Origin: an uncultured bacterium
GTDB taxonomy: Bacteria; Zixibacteria; MSB-5A5; UBA10806
Reading direction: 5' to 3'
Assembly (NCBI GenBank): GCA_965541585.1
Contig: CBEUCH010000011.1
Span: 1-64,000 of the forward strand
Length of the DNA: 64,000 nt
The position numbers and the translations under genes are program-made. Shown in pieces: positions 38,324 through 47,905 of this stretch. Within the stretch, counting starts at the first letter, position 1. Each line of letters begins with the position of its first letter. The notes beneath the pieces were generated by a model, which did not search any database, was not told the origin of the DNA, and was given only the letters and a program-made list of their open reading frames with translations.

Positions 38324-39091
38324 TTGAGGACGATTTCGAAATTAATATTGACGCTATTGCTTTGCGTCTCCCTCCACGGCGGATCGGCTGGTTCTGAAAC
38401 TATCCATCAACAGATGCTTCTAAATATTCAGACTCTTAACAGCACTGATGACGACGATCTGGGTCTTCCGCTGTTCGGAGAATCCAGCCAATCGCGAGTT
38501 GGGGAAAAATCGAAATGGAAGGCTCTGGGACTATCCCTACTCGTCCCGGGCGCCGGGCAGTATTATAGCGGAAATAAAGGCAGGACAAAAATCTTCGGGG
38601 CTACCGAAGTCCTGGTATGGTCGGGATTCCTCGGTATCAGGACCTACGGGGGGTGGAAGAAGGATGATTATAAATCGTGGGCTGCATTCCATGCGGGAGC
38701 CGATGTTAACGGCAAATCCGATGGTTATTTCGAGAAAATGACATATTATGATAATCTCGACGAATACAATCAGCTCGAGCTTTTATACGAGGGTTCGCGG
38801 GCAGAGCTGTTTCCCTCCGGCCCGGAATTTTACTGGAACTGGGATTCCGATGAATCGAGATCGCATTTCAGGGATCTTCGCAATCAAAGCAAGAACGCCT
38901 ACCGGCGATCGCTTTTAATATTGGGAGCGGCAGTCATAAACAGGATCCTGTCCGGAATCGATGCCTATCGGACGGCGGGTTCCTATAACCGTCAACGGGA
39001 GTTTGGCGATTCCAGATGGATATTAGTCTGTTCGGCAGCCGATCTTATGGAGCACGGCAAAATTGAGATTGGTCTTTCCAGGCAATTCTAA
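38324..39091 (+). CDS. Conserved envelope protein (DUF5683-like), paralogue of the upstream gene
   Basis: KSKWKALGLSLLVPGAGQYY and NRILSGIDA; terminal Phe. Confidence 0.7.
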   Translation: MRTISKLILTLLLCVSLHGGSAGSETIHQQMLLNIQTLNSTDDDDLGLPLFGESSQSRVGEKSKWKALGLSLLVPGAGQYYSGNKGRTKIFGATEVLVWSGFLGIRTYGGWKKDDYKSWAAFHAGADVNGKSDGYFEKMTYYDNLDEYNQLELLYEGSRAELFPSGPEFYWNWDSDESRSHFRDLRNQSKNAYRRSLLILGAAVINRILSGIDAYRTAGSYNRQREFGDSRWILVCSAADLMEHGKIEIGLSRQF

Positions 39092-40025
39092 ATATGTCGT
39101 CATACCGCTAATGTTATCATTAGCCGCCTGTGCCTCCCCTGCCAGGCGCGGGCGGGAGTTTCCAGAGGATATTTCTACAAGATCGATTCTAAGCCTCCGT
39201 CCCATCAAAACCATAGGTCCGAGTATCGATGAGAACAGGTCTCTTATCGAACCCGCTGGGATATCAATAAACAGGACCGACGACATCTTTATTTCGGACC
39301 GTGCCGCCAACTCTATATACAGGCTTTCAGGTGAATTCAATAGCATTTCCAGTGAGGGAGGTATCGGCGCGGAGCTCGGGGGGTTTAACAGGCCGATCGG
39401 TATGGCCAGCGATGCGGCGCTGAATCTGTATATTGCAGACAGCGGTAACAGGAGAATACAGATTCTCGATAGAAATCTGCATTTTGTAAGATCTATCGAT
39501 TCTTATTTTGACGAAAACGATCAACCTCTGGCGTTCAACCAGCCGGAGGACATAAGCATCGATGGCGAAGGCAGCTTCTGGATTGCAGACAACGACCGGG
39601 TGATCCGGCTGAGTCCATTCTATGAACTGCAGATAGAGCTGTCATACCGCGTTCCGGGAAATTTCCGGATTGGGCGGGCGTCATCTGTGGATGTTTCAAG
39701 ATCCGGGCACGTCGCTATCGGCGACCAGGGTAACCGTCAGGTGATCGTTGTCTCCATACATGGAAATCCGATCTCCGAATTCAGTGCCGGTTCGCCGTCC
39801 TCAGTGGCCTGGGACGACCATAACGTTATCTGGGTCACCGATCCGGAATCGGGAAAGCTATCTGCGTATGATCTTAACGGCGTTCTTCTTTTTGATTATT
39901 CTGAAGGCGCGAGCAGGTACAGGCCCCGATGGTTGGCCTTCGATTCGGACGGCAGGCTCCTGGTTCTGGATGCCGGGCTGCGTCGACTGACCCTGTATGA
40001 GGTCATTCGGGGAATCGGAGATTGA
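39063..40025 (+). CDS. NHL-repeat beta-propeller lipoprotein
   Basis: Lipobox LAAC; repeats such as FNRPIGMASD..LYIADSGNRRIQ and FNQPEDISID..WIAD. Confidence 0.82.
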   Translation: MRLVFPGNSKYVVIPLMLSLAACASPARRGREFPEDISTRSILSLRPIKTIGPSIDENRSLIEPAGISINRTDDIFISDRAANSIYRLSGEFNSISSEGGIGAELGGFNRPIGMASDAALNLYIADSGNRRIQILDRNLHFVRSIDSYFDENDQPLAFNQPEDISIDGEGSFWIADNDRVIRLSPFYELQIELSYRVPGNFRIGRASSVDVSRSGHVAIGDQGNRQVIVVSIHGNPISEFSAGSPSSVAWDDHNVIWVTDPESGKLSAYDLNGVLLFDYSEGASRYRPRWLAFDSDGRLLVLDAGLRRLTLYEVIRGIGD

Positions 40026-40048
40026 GCTATTCGGCAAAATGATTTTTG

Positions 40049-43000
40049 ATGAGAAGATGGTTCTGGATAATAATTCTGTTATATGCATACTCTGTTGCCT
40101 TCGGTCAGCCGCCGCAGGTTACCGTTACAATATACGGCAAGGGAATCAGGGGCCCTTATCCGCTCGGGTACCGCAATCTTATAACGAATAGCGCAGTTGT
40201 TTATAAAGACAGCGTCAAACTATCATCCGTAAATTTTACAGTTCGGCATATCGAAGGGCTCATTCGATTCTCCGATCCGGTAGCTATTGGTGATTCGCTA
40301 TCGGTGACTTTCGGATATGTTCCGATTTCTCTCAAGCGGCAATATTACCTGCATGAATTTAACATAACCGAGAGAGAATCCAAATCGGCCGATATCCCGC
40401 GTGAGCCGCCGCTGAAATATGCGAGTTCGGACCTCACCATCAGTGGAAGCAAGGGATTTTCGATTCAGACGGGCGAAGGTGGAGGCGGCCTTTCGCAATC
40501 TCTTAATCTAAGCGTCAGGGGCGATCTCGTTCCCGGTCTTAGAACCTCGGCGCATATCTTTGATAAGACAACGGGCTCGAGCGGCGTCACGCGAAGGCTG
40601 CAGGAGCTCGATAAGATCTATATCGAGGCGGAATCGGATCATTTCAAGGGGATTTTCGGCGATTTCGAACACATTGAGCGAGGCGACGAGTTTTTGAGTT
40701 TTCGGCGAAAGTTGACCGGGCTGAATTCTGAGTATTCCCAGGAGAATTATAATGTGAGAGGATCGGCGGCTTTTTTCCCGGGAGAGTATGCGTCCATAAC
40801 GATTAACGGTATTGACGGGAGACTGGGGCCATATTATCTGCCCGATGTTGGAGGCAGGGAAGGCGTCATCATACTTCCGGGTTCGGAGAGAGTCTATCTG
40901 GACGGCATACTCCAAACAAGAGGAAGCGAAAACGATTATATAATAGATTATAAAGGTGGGGCCGTTCAATTTTCGCCTTCGAGGGTCATAAGGAACGAGA
41001 CGCGGATCACAGTAGATTACGAAATCGCACGGCAAGAATATAGCCGGAGCTTCTATGCAGTTTCCGGGGAGGGTAAGCCTTCCGGAGGATTCAGAGTATT
41101 CACGAGGCTGATTCAGGAGGGTGATAACAAAAACTCCCCGAAAAGCTTTGGGATGACATCCGAAAACAGGGACCTCCTGGAGGCCGCCGGAGACGACAGG
41201 CTGGAAGCCGCTCGCGATGGCGCCACGTTCGTTGGTCCGGGGATGGGAGATTACAATCTTCTGACCGATTCACTCGGGATACTCTACTACGAGTACGCGG
41301 GCCAGAATCTCGGCGAATACGATGTGTCATTTTCGTTTGTAGGCAAGAATATAGCATCCTACAGCGCCGTTGGCGGAGGCGTATTCGAATACGTGGGGGC
41401 GGGATCGGGAGATTACGAGCCGGTTGTGCTTTTGCCATTGCCGCAGGTAAAGAGATATGGTTCGGTCGGCGCATCATGGAACCTGGAGGACAGTGCCATA
41501 ACCATGCGGGCGGAACTGGCGGGATCGGTTTTCGACAAAAACACACTGTCTGGCAGGGATAATCCGCTGCAGGGCGCCTCGGGCTTGGTGGCCGCAGGGT
41601 ATCATCGCCGGTTGTTCGGCGATGGCGCTTATATAGGGATCGATGGACGCTTCAGGAGCATAGGGTCAGGATCGATTTTTCCCGGACGGATCGACCTCAT
41701 AGAAAGATACAGAGATTACGATCTCGAGCCTGAATCGCAACCGGAAGGGGAAAAATTACAGGAGATTAACATAGAAAGCGGTCTGGATAATTTCAGGAGA
41801 ATAAAGCTGGATCTCGGATTTTTATCGCGTCCCGATATTGAAAACCGTCAGAGGCAGGCGGGGACGATTTACTGGCGTTTTGTGAAGGGAGTCGATTGGT
41901 TCGCAAGGCTCGAGAGAACCCGGGGAGAGCGAACCTGGTGGAAACGGTCGAGTGGAATATCGGCGAACTATACAATTATTCAACCATCTTTGAGAATCGA
42001 AAACGAGAGCCGCGATGGTGATTCCGGATTCAAATACTATGAGTATATTGCGTCGGTTCCAGCTACCTATCTTGAGAATATCACGGGCCGGACGGAGATA
42101 TCCTATCGGGATGAAAAATATCTCGACGGAGACTGGCGCGATAAGTTCCGTTCTGGTTCGATTCAACAGAAGATAGCGCTGCTTTCCGGAGGTTCCGGCT
42201 TTTCAGGTGAACTGGCTGGATCGTACTACAAGAAGAAATACAAAGATTTTTCAGGCACCGATACGGATCAACGATCCGGATGGACGAGGCTGTCTTATGC
42301 CGATCCGGCAGGCAGGGGAGATTTTTACGTAAGCGAGAGACTAAGTTCGTCCAACGAGAGATTGCAGGCCAAGAACTATTTATTCGCCGGGGAAGGGAGA
42401 GGGGAGTATCGTTTCGAGGACGGGGAGTATATCAGAGATCCCGACGGGGATTACGTGCTGTTAATCGAGGAACTGGGTGAGGGCATAAAAGTCACGGAGA
42501 TCTCCACCGAAATCAACGGGACTATCCTGCCTCTGACGATTTTCGATTCCGGGCGGGAACTGGAATCATCCATAGGACGATTGGTAGTTGAAACCGAATT
42601 AACATATCGATTGAAAAAATCATCCGACGTTTTAACCGGAGCAGATTTTTTCCCGTGGAGAAGTGACAACCTGGACGAGACTGTATTGAGGAAGGGAAGA
42701 TCGGATTTGCGGCTTTATTATTATCCTCGGGCGGGCAAACAGCGGATTAAATATGCAGGGTCACGTTCGTTTCAAGACGGTAGCCCATACGCCAATGAGA
42801 CAATCAGCGAGCGTTTCAGATCCGATGAGATATCCTGGGCATTTCCTGCCGGCAAGAAGGTTAACGTGCTAACTTCGGTCTTTTTTTCCAGCAAACGGAA
42901 CACGTTAAACGGCGCCGGATATTCTATAAATCGCCACCGGGAATCGGCGAAGGCGGATTACAGGTTTCGCGACGCGTGGACTCTGCAGCTGGGATCGGGA

Positions 43001-43324
43001 TTCGAGGTGGCGAAACAGACCGATATTGATATACGCTCAACCATACCATCGGGGGAGATCGGCCTGGTGCGTGATATCAAGGATAGAGGGAGAATATCTG
43101 CGAAACTGTCATATTTCAGGGTTATTGTCGATCCCGAGGGGGCTTATATACCGTATCAGGTAGCGTCAGGAAAACGGGAGGGGGATAATCTTCTGGCCAA
43201 TGTACGTGCCAGGATGGAGCTTTATAAAAATGGCCGCCTTGATTTTTCATATCGTTACGAGAAATTAGCCAGGAGGCCGGAGAAACATAATATGAAAATA
43301 GAGATTACGATTCTGTTCCTATGA
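40049..43324 (+). CDS. Large putative outer-membrane beta-barrel protein with a SprA-like motif
   Basis: Signal peptide, SGSKGFSI..SLNLSVRG, PGSERVYLDG..DYIIDYKGGAVQF and many amphipathic beta strands. Confidence 0.6.
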   Translation: MRRWFWIIILLYAYSVAFGQPPQVTVTIYGKGIRGPYPLGYRNLITNSAVVYKDSVKLSSVNFTVRHIEGLIRFSDPVAIGDSLSVTFGYVPISLKRQYYLHEFNITERESKSADIPREPPLKYASSDLTISGSKGFSIQTGEGGGGLSQSLNLSVRGDLVPGLRTSAHIFDKTTGSSGVTRRLQELDKIYIEAESDHFKGIFGDFEHIERGDEFLSFRRKLTGLNSEYSQENYNVRGSAAFFPGEYASITINGIDGRLGPYYLPDVGGREGVIILPGSERVYLDGILQTRGSENDYIIDYKGGAVQFSPSRVIRNETRITVDYEIARQEYSRSFYAVSGEGKPSGGFRVFTRLIQEGDNKNSPKSFGMTSENRDLLEAAGDDRLEAARDGATFVGPGMGDYNLLTDSLGILYYEYAGQNLGEYDVSFSFVGKNIASYSAVGGGVFEYVGAGSGDYEPVVLLPLPQVKRYGSVGASWNLEDSAITMRAELAGSVFDKNTLSGRDNPLQGASGLVAAGYHRRLFGDGAYIGIDGRFRSIGSGSIFPGRIDLIERYRDYDLEPESQPEGEKLQEINIESGLDNFRRIKLDLGFLSRPDIENRQRQAGTIYWRFVKGVDWFARLERTRGERTWWKRSSGISANYTIIQPSLRIENESRDGDSGFKYYEYIASVPATYLENITGRTEISYRDEKYLDGDWRDKFRSGSIQQKIALLSGGSGFSGELAGSYYKKKYKDFSGTDTDQRSGWTRLSYADPAGRGDFYVSERLSSSNERLQAKNYLFAGEGRGEYRFEDGEYIRDPDGDYVLLIEELGEGIKVTEISTEINGTILPLTIFDSGRELESSIGRLVVETELTYRLKKSSDVLTGADFFPWRSDNLDETVLRKGRSDLRLYYYPRAGKQRIKYAGSRSFQDGSPYANETISERFRSDEISWAFPAGKKVNVLTSVFFSSKRNTLNGAGYSINRHRESAKADYRFRDAWTLQLGSGFEVAKQTDIDIRSTIPSGEIGLVRDIKDRGRISAKLSYFRVIVDPEGAYIPYQVASGKREGDNLLANVRARMELYKNGRLDFSYRYEKLARRPEKHNMKIEITILFL

Positions 43325-44988
43325 GAGCAAGCGTAATAATACCTGCGATAACCGTTGTCTTAGCGTCGATGGAATCTGCCGGGGCGGTCGAGATATCGGG
43401 CAATCGATTATACTCGGATAAGGAACTGACACGTCTGGTGGATTTTTCTCTTCCCGGCGATTCTCTATCCGAGAGTATTCTTGCCCTTTACGGCGACGCG
43501 GGATACTATTCGGTAAAAGTCAAAAGTATCGGAATCGATAAGAATGGGCAAAAGGCAATTCTCATAGAGGAAGGAGTGCCGTCGGTAGTGGATTCGATTT
43601 CCGTTGATGTCGTACCCGATTCTCTGAAAACCCACTTCAATAATCTGGTACTGAGCGCAAAGGGGGAGGTGGCATCCCGAGATCTCTTAGACGATTTTGC
43701 AGACCGGGCCATCTCCCGGCTGGCTGAATACGGCATGCCCTTTGCCAGTGGAGAATGGTCGGATTTTAGATTCAATGCGGCCAACAATCTTTCGGCGACA
43801 TTTAGGATCATTTCAGGCCCTCGTTGTCATATTTCGGGACTTGTATTCGATGGTATCGAGAGAACAAGACCGGAGACAATAGAGAGGGTCATAGATCTGA
43901 AAGCAGGCGGTCTATATGCGGAATCGAAGGTGCGCGATTCAGAACTACTTATAGATCAGATGCGTTATATTAATATTGCCTCGCCATTTGAGCTCGAGCC
44001 GGCATCGGGGGGTGATTCGATACGGATTATTTATCATATTAAGGAATTGCCATCGACCAGATTCGATGGTGTCGGTGGATTCGTAAACACCAAAGATAGA
44101 TCTGATTTTCTGGGACGGCTCAACCTCGAGTTCGGTGATATTCTGGGAACAGGAAGATCCTTCGGACTCCTGTGGGAGAAAAAGGACCGTTTTTCAAGCG
44201 AACTCAAGCTGGATTATCTCGAACCTTTTTTCATGGGGACCAGATTCGACGTTAAACTGGAAGTTTTCCAACTCGACAGAGATAGCCTTTACATTGAAAC
44301 CGGTGGAAGGGTCGGCCTGGTATATCGATTTGGTCGCGGCTCCAGCGCAGGCCTTCGGTTTTCGGCGAAAAGAACCGAGCCGGAACCAGGGGCAAATATA
44401 TCATCCTCAATCGGGCGTGCGGTCAAACTCGATTTCGGCTACGACCGGACGGATCGTGTCGAAAATCCGAGAGGCGGATATTTGATGAAGACCGAGGTAG
44501 ATTACCGATACAGATCCAATCGTCGCGTAATTGAGGGAGACAGTCCTCCCACCGAACTGAGCGCCGTCGGATTTGACGGTGGTTACTTTGTAAGACTTAG
44601 AGATCAGTTTGTAGTTGCTGTCAGGCTGGCTGGCTGGGGCATAGCATCGGCTGATGGAACTGTACCGATCGACGAGCTTCGATTTGTCGGCGGTTTCGAC
44701 GATCTGCGAGGATATGCCGAAGAGCAATTCCCGGCCTTCAGGTACGCCGTGGCTACAATCGAACCGCGCATAATTACAGGAAGACGAAGCCGGGCGTACG
44801 TTTTCGGGGATTTCGGCGCCATCAAAAGCTCGCAGAGTCAAAACGACGATTACAGATTCTGGCCCGGCTATGGTTTAGGACTTGTGTCACCTACCGGTAT
44901 CGGTTTATTCAAGATCGAGATCGGCTGGGGCAAAACAGGTTTTCCGTCGGAAGCGATCTTTAATTTCGGTCTGGCGGGCACGTTCTGA
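43321..44988 (+). CDS. Omp85 (BamA/TamA family) outer-membrane protein
   Basis: POTRA-like segments, GGFDDLRGYAEEQF (VRGY/F-type loop motif), GYGLG and a terminal Phe. Confidence 0.85.
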   Translation: MRASVIIPAITVVLASMESAGAVEISGNRLYSDKELTRLVDFSLPGDSLSESILALYGDAGYYSVKVKSIGIDKNGQKAILIEEGVPSVVDSISVDVVPDSLKTHFNNLVLSAKGEVASRDLLDDFADRAISRLAEYGMPFASGEWSDFRFNAANNLSATFRIISGPRCHISGLVFDGIERTRPETIERVIDLKAGGLYAESKVRDSELLIDQMRYINIASPFELEPASGGDSIRIIYHIKELPSTRFDGVGGFVNTKDRSDFLGRLNLEFGDILGTGRSFGLLWEKKDRFSSELKLDYLEPFFMGTRFDVKLEVFQLDRDSLYIETGGRVGLVYRFGRGSSAGLRFSAKRTEPEPGANISSSIGRAVKLDFGYDRTDRVENPRGGYLMKTEVDYRYRSNRRVIEGDSPPTELSAVGFDGGYFVRLRDQFVVAVRLAGWGIASADGTVPIDELRFVGGFDDLRGYAEEQFPAFRYAVATIEPRIITGRRSRAYVFGDFGAIKSSQSQNDDYRFWPGYGLGLVSPTGIGLFKIEIGWGKTGFPSEAIFNFGLAGTF

Positions 44989-45830
44989 TGAGCAAAGCGA
45001 AGGCACTATTCGTCCTGAATCGCCCGCTCAATTGCCTGATCACATTTCTGGCAGTCTGGACGGCGGCCCTGGTAGCCGGGGAGGACTATATTTCATGGAG
45101 GATACTCGTGGCGTCCGTCTCCGCGAGCCTTATTGCCGGGTTCGGCAACACCGTTAACGATATATTTGACGTAAATGCCGATAAGATTAATAAGCCGTTC
45201 AGGCCTCTGGCGTCCGGTTCCCTGGGGGTTCGGGAGGCGGTGATGGCAGCAATTTCAACGGGTGTTGCCGGATTGACTCTTTCTCTGTTCGTCCATAAAT
45301 ATGCCATTCTTGTGGCCTTGCTTGCAATCGCGCTCTTAGCTCTTTACACGCCTGTTTTCAAAGGATTGTTGTTTATCGGCAATATCCTGATCGCTTTCGT
45401 CGCTGCTCTGGTGTTTATCTATGGCGGGATGGCTGTAGATAAGCCGCTCGGTGCTGTAATACTGGTGATATTTGCATTTCTATTCCACCTCGGACGTGAG
45501 ATTATCAAGGATATACAGGATATGGACGCCGATATGGCGTCCGGATATCTGCCTGAGGCGCAGAGGATTGGCAATAGGACCGCACGTGGAGCAGCAATTG
45601 CAGTTTTTACACTTCTTATTGTTTTGACCTTTGCGCCGTTTCTGGTCAATCATTATGGCTTCATTTATCTTATTGTCGTGCTGCTTGGTGCCGATTTGAT
45701 CATCATAGCCAGCATATGCACCCTTCTGCAGACGGGTAAGGCATCGACAATGCGTTTGGTGGCAGGCTGGCTCAAGGCTGCCATGCCGATGGGGCTTCTG
45801 GCAGTGTTTCTAGGCAGCCGAGGGGGGTGA
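44988..45830 (+). CDS. UbiA family prenyltransferase, DGGGP synthase-like
   Basis: RPLNC, GNTVNDIFDVNADKINKPFRPLASG and REIIKDIQDMDAD; multi-TM protein. Confidence 0.82.
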   Translation: MSKAKALFVLNRPLNCLITFLAVWTAALVAGEDYISWRILVASVSASLIAGFGNTVNDIFDVNADKINKPFRPLASGSLGVREAVMAAISTGVAGLTLSLFVHKYAILVALLAIALLALYTPVFKGLLFIGNILIAFVAALVFIYGGMAVDKPLGAVILVIFAFLFHLGREIIKDIQDMDADMASGYLPEAQRIGNRTARGAAIAVFTLLIVLTFAPFLVNHYGFIYLIVVLLGADLIIIASICTLLQTGKASTMRLVAGWLKAAMPMGLLAVFLGSRGG

Positions 45831-45869
45831 TGGCGAGTTAAAATCATTGTCTTCAATAATGCTGATGAC

Positions 45870-45898
45870 TTGACATGAGTATATAAGATGAATATTAT
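45870..45898 (+). promoter_or_regulatory. sigma70-type promoter of the moxR-bat operon
   Basis: TTGACA-N17-TATTAT. Confidence 0.7.
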
Positions 45899-46016
45899 CT
45901 TGATTTCTATATTCCGGGTGGATGACGGATCGTCTTTTTGATAGAGGAACAATGATCGCCCGGATATGGTATAATCGACCAGTCAGAAAGTCGTTCCGAA
46001 AACCGGGAGGAGATTG

Positions 46017-47003
46017 ATGGATCAAGAGATTACGGAATTGCAGGAAATCATAAAACAAAAATCGGCCTTTATCGATCGTTTGACTACTGAGATCTCACGG
46101 GTCATTGTCGGGCAGAAATATCTTATCGAGCGGCTGTTGATAGGGCTGTTAGCCGATGGTCACATACTGATCGAGGGGGTGCCCGGGCTGGCGAAGACCC
46201 TCTCTGTCAAAACCCTCTCCGACGCGATCAAAACCGGCTTCCAGCGGATTCAATTCACCCCCGATCTGTTGCCGGGTGATCTTATTGGCACTCTGGTATA
46301 TTCCGCCAGGGATAATGAATTTTCTGTCAGGAAAGGCCCCATATTTTCCAATCTCATCCTGGCTGACGAAATAAACCGCGCCCCGGCCAAGGTGCAATCG
46401 GCGCTTCTGGAGGCCATGCAGGAGAGGCAGGTTACTATCGGCGACGAGACCTTCAAGCTGCCGGAACCGTTTCTGGTGCTGGCCACGCAGAATCCCATCG
46501 AGCAGGAAGGGACCTATCCGTTGCCCGAGGCGCAGGTCGACAGGTTCATGCTGAAGTTAAAAGTCACTTACCCGTCTCCCGAGGAGGAGCTGCTGATTCA
46601 GGAGAGGATGACATCGAGTGCGGAGCTTTCCGTATCGAAGATCACCAGCCCGAAGGAAATCCTGCAGGCCAGAAAGGCGATGCATCAGATATATATGGAT
46701 GACAAAGTGAAGAAATATATAGTCGACATAGTTTTTGCCAGCCGGGAGCCGAGAAGATTCGGACTCGACCTGGAGGACCTGATAAGCTACGGGGCCTCGC
46801 CCCGGGCGACAATTTATCTTCATCTGGTAGCCAAAGCCCATGCATTCCTGAAAGGCCGCGCCTATGTCACGCCGGATGATGTCAAGATAATCGGGCCGGA
46901 TGTGCTTCGACACAGGATCATCCTTTCGTATGAGGCGGAGGCCGAAGAGCTGACATCCGATGACATTGTAACCCGGATTTTTAACGGTGTGGAGGTGCCA
47001 TAG
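46017..47003 (+). CDS. moxR: MoxR family AAA+ ATPase
   Basis: EGVPGLAKT, RIQFTPDLLP, ADEINRAPAKVQSALLEAM and ATQNPIEQEGTYPLPEAQ. Confidence 0.95.
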   Translation: MDQEITELQEIIKQKSAFIDRLTTEISRVIVGQKYLIERLLIGLLADGHILIEGVPGLAKTLSVKTLSDAIKTGFQRIQFTPDLLPGDLIGTLVYSARDNEFSVRKGPIFSNLILADEINRAPAKVQSALLEAMQERQVTIGDETFKLPEPFLVLATQNPIEQEGTYPLPEAQVDRFMLKLKVTYPSPEEELLIQERMTSSAELSVSKITSPKEILQARKAMHQIYMDDKVKKYIVDIVFASREPRRFGLDLEDLISYGASPRATIYLHLVAKAHAFLKGRAYVTPDDVKIIGPDVLRHRIILSYEAEAEELTSDDIVTRIFNGVEVP

Positions 47004-47903
47004 TTGGTTCAGGATGGTTCCCGACTTCCTCGTGAAATACTGAAGAAAGTCAGGCGAATAGAAATTCGCACTTCCCGGATGGTTAACGAAGTTTTCTCCG
47101 GGGAATATCATTCGATTTTCAAAGGGCTGGGGATGGAGTTCTCCGAAGTTCGGGAGTACCAGCCGGGGGATGATATCCGCAATATCGATTGGAACGTTAC
47201 CGCTCGCTTCGGCCATCCATTTCTGAAAATCTACCGGGAAGAGAGAGAACTGGTAGTCATGCTGGTGGTCGATCTCTCCGGTTCACAAAGATTCGGCACC
47301 GGCCAGCGGTTTAAAACCGAAACGGCAGCAGAGATTACAGCCATACTATCCCTGGCGGCTATAAAGAATAACGATAAGGTGGGTCTTCTGGCCTTTACCG
47401 ACCAGATCGAAAAATATATTCCGCCGAAAAAAGGAAGAAACCATGTCCTCAGACTTATAAGAGAGATTCTCTATTTTAGCCCCAGAGGACGAGGGACGGA
47501 TACGGCCTCCGCACTCGAATATCTCCTGGGTGTAATCAAGAAAAAATGCGTAATATTTTTAATTTCCGATTTTCTGGATTCCGGTTATCATAAACCGCTC
47601 GCTGTGGCCGCAAGAAAGCATGATTTGATCGCCTTAAAGCTGAGCGATCCGCTGGAGATGGCGTTTCCCAAAGCCGGGCTTTTGAGACTGCATGATCTGG
47701 AAACCGGCGGGGAACGAATCGTTGATACATCGAGCGGCAAATTCCGGGGAAACTTCAAAAGAAGAATACGTCTGAAAAATGAAGATTTTGACAGAACCAT
47801 GTCCCGGATGGGGATCGATAAGGTCTATATTCCTGCGGGCGGGGATTATTCGGCACCATTGTTCAGGTTTTTCGAAATGAGAGCCAGAAGAATAAGACGA
47901 TAG
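47004..47903 (+). CDS. DUF58 domain protein
   Basis: GMEFSEVREYQPGDDIRNIDWNVTAR and ISDFL. Confidence 0.93.
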   Translation: MVQDGSRLPREILKKVRRIEIRTSRMVNEVFSGEYHSIFKGLGMEFSEVREYQPGDDIRNIDWNVTARFGHPFLKIYREERELVVMLVVDLSGSQRFGTGQRFKTETAAEITAILSLAAIKNNDKVGLLAFTDQIEKYIPPKKGRNHVLRLIREILYFSPRGRGTDTASALEYLLGVIKKKCVIFLISDFLDSGYHKPLAVAARKHDLIALKLSDPLEMAFPKAGLLRLHDLETGGERIVDTSSGKFRGNFKRRIRLKNEDFDRTMSRMGIDKVYIPAGGDYSAPLFRFFEMRARRIRR

Positions 47904-47905
47904 AA

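Noticed and set aside
45826..45875. Fluoride riboswitch-like words (GGTGATGG ... GCTGATGAC)
   Set aside because: The TTCRCC P1 partner and normal spacing are missing, it overlaps a stop codon and a -35 box, and the downstream gene is not fluoride-related.
46557..47216. Antisense ORF (219 aa)
   Set aside because: Overlaps the conserved moxR and DUF58 genes.
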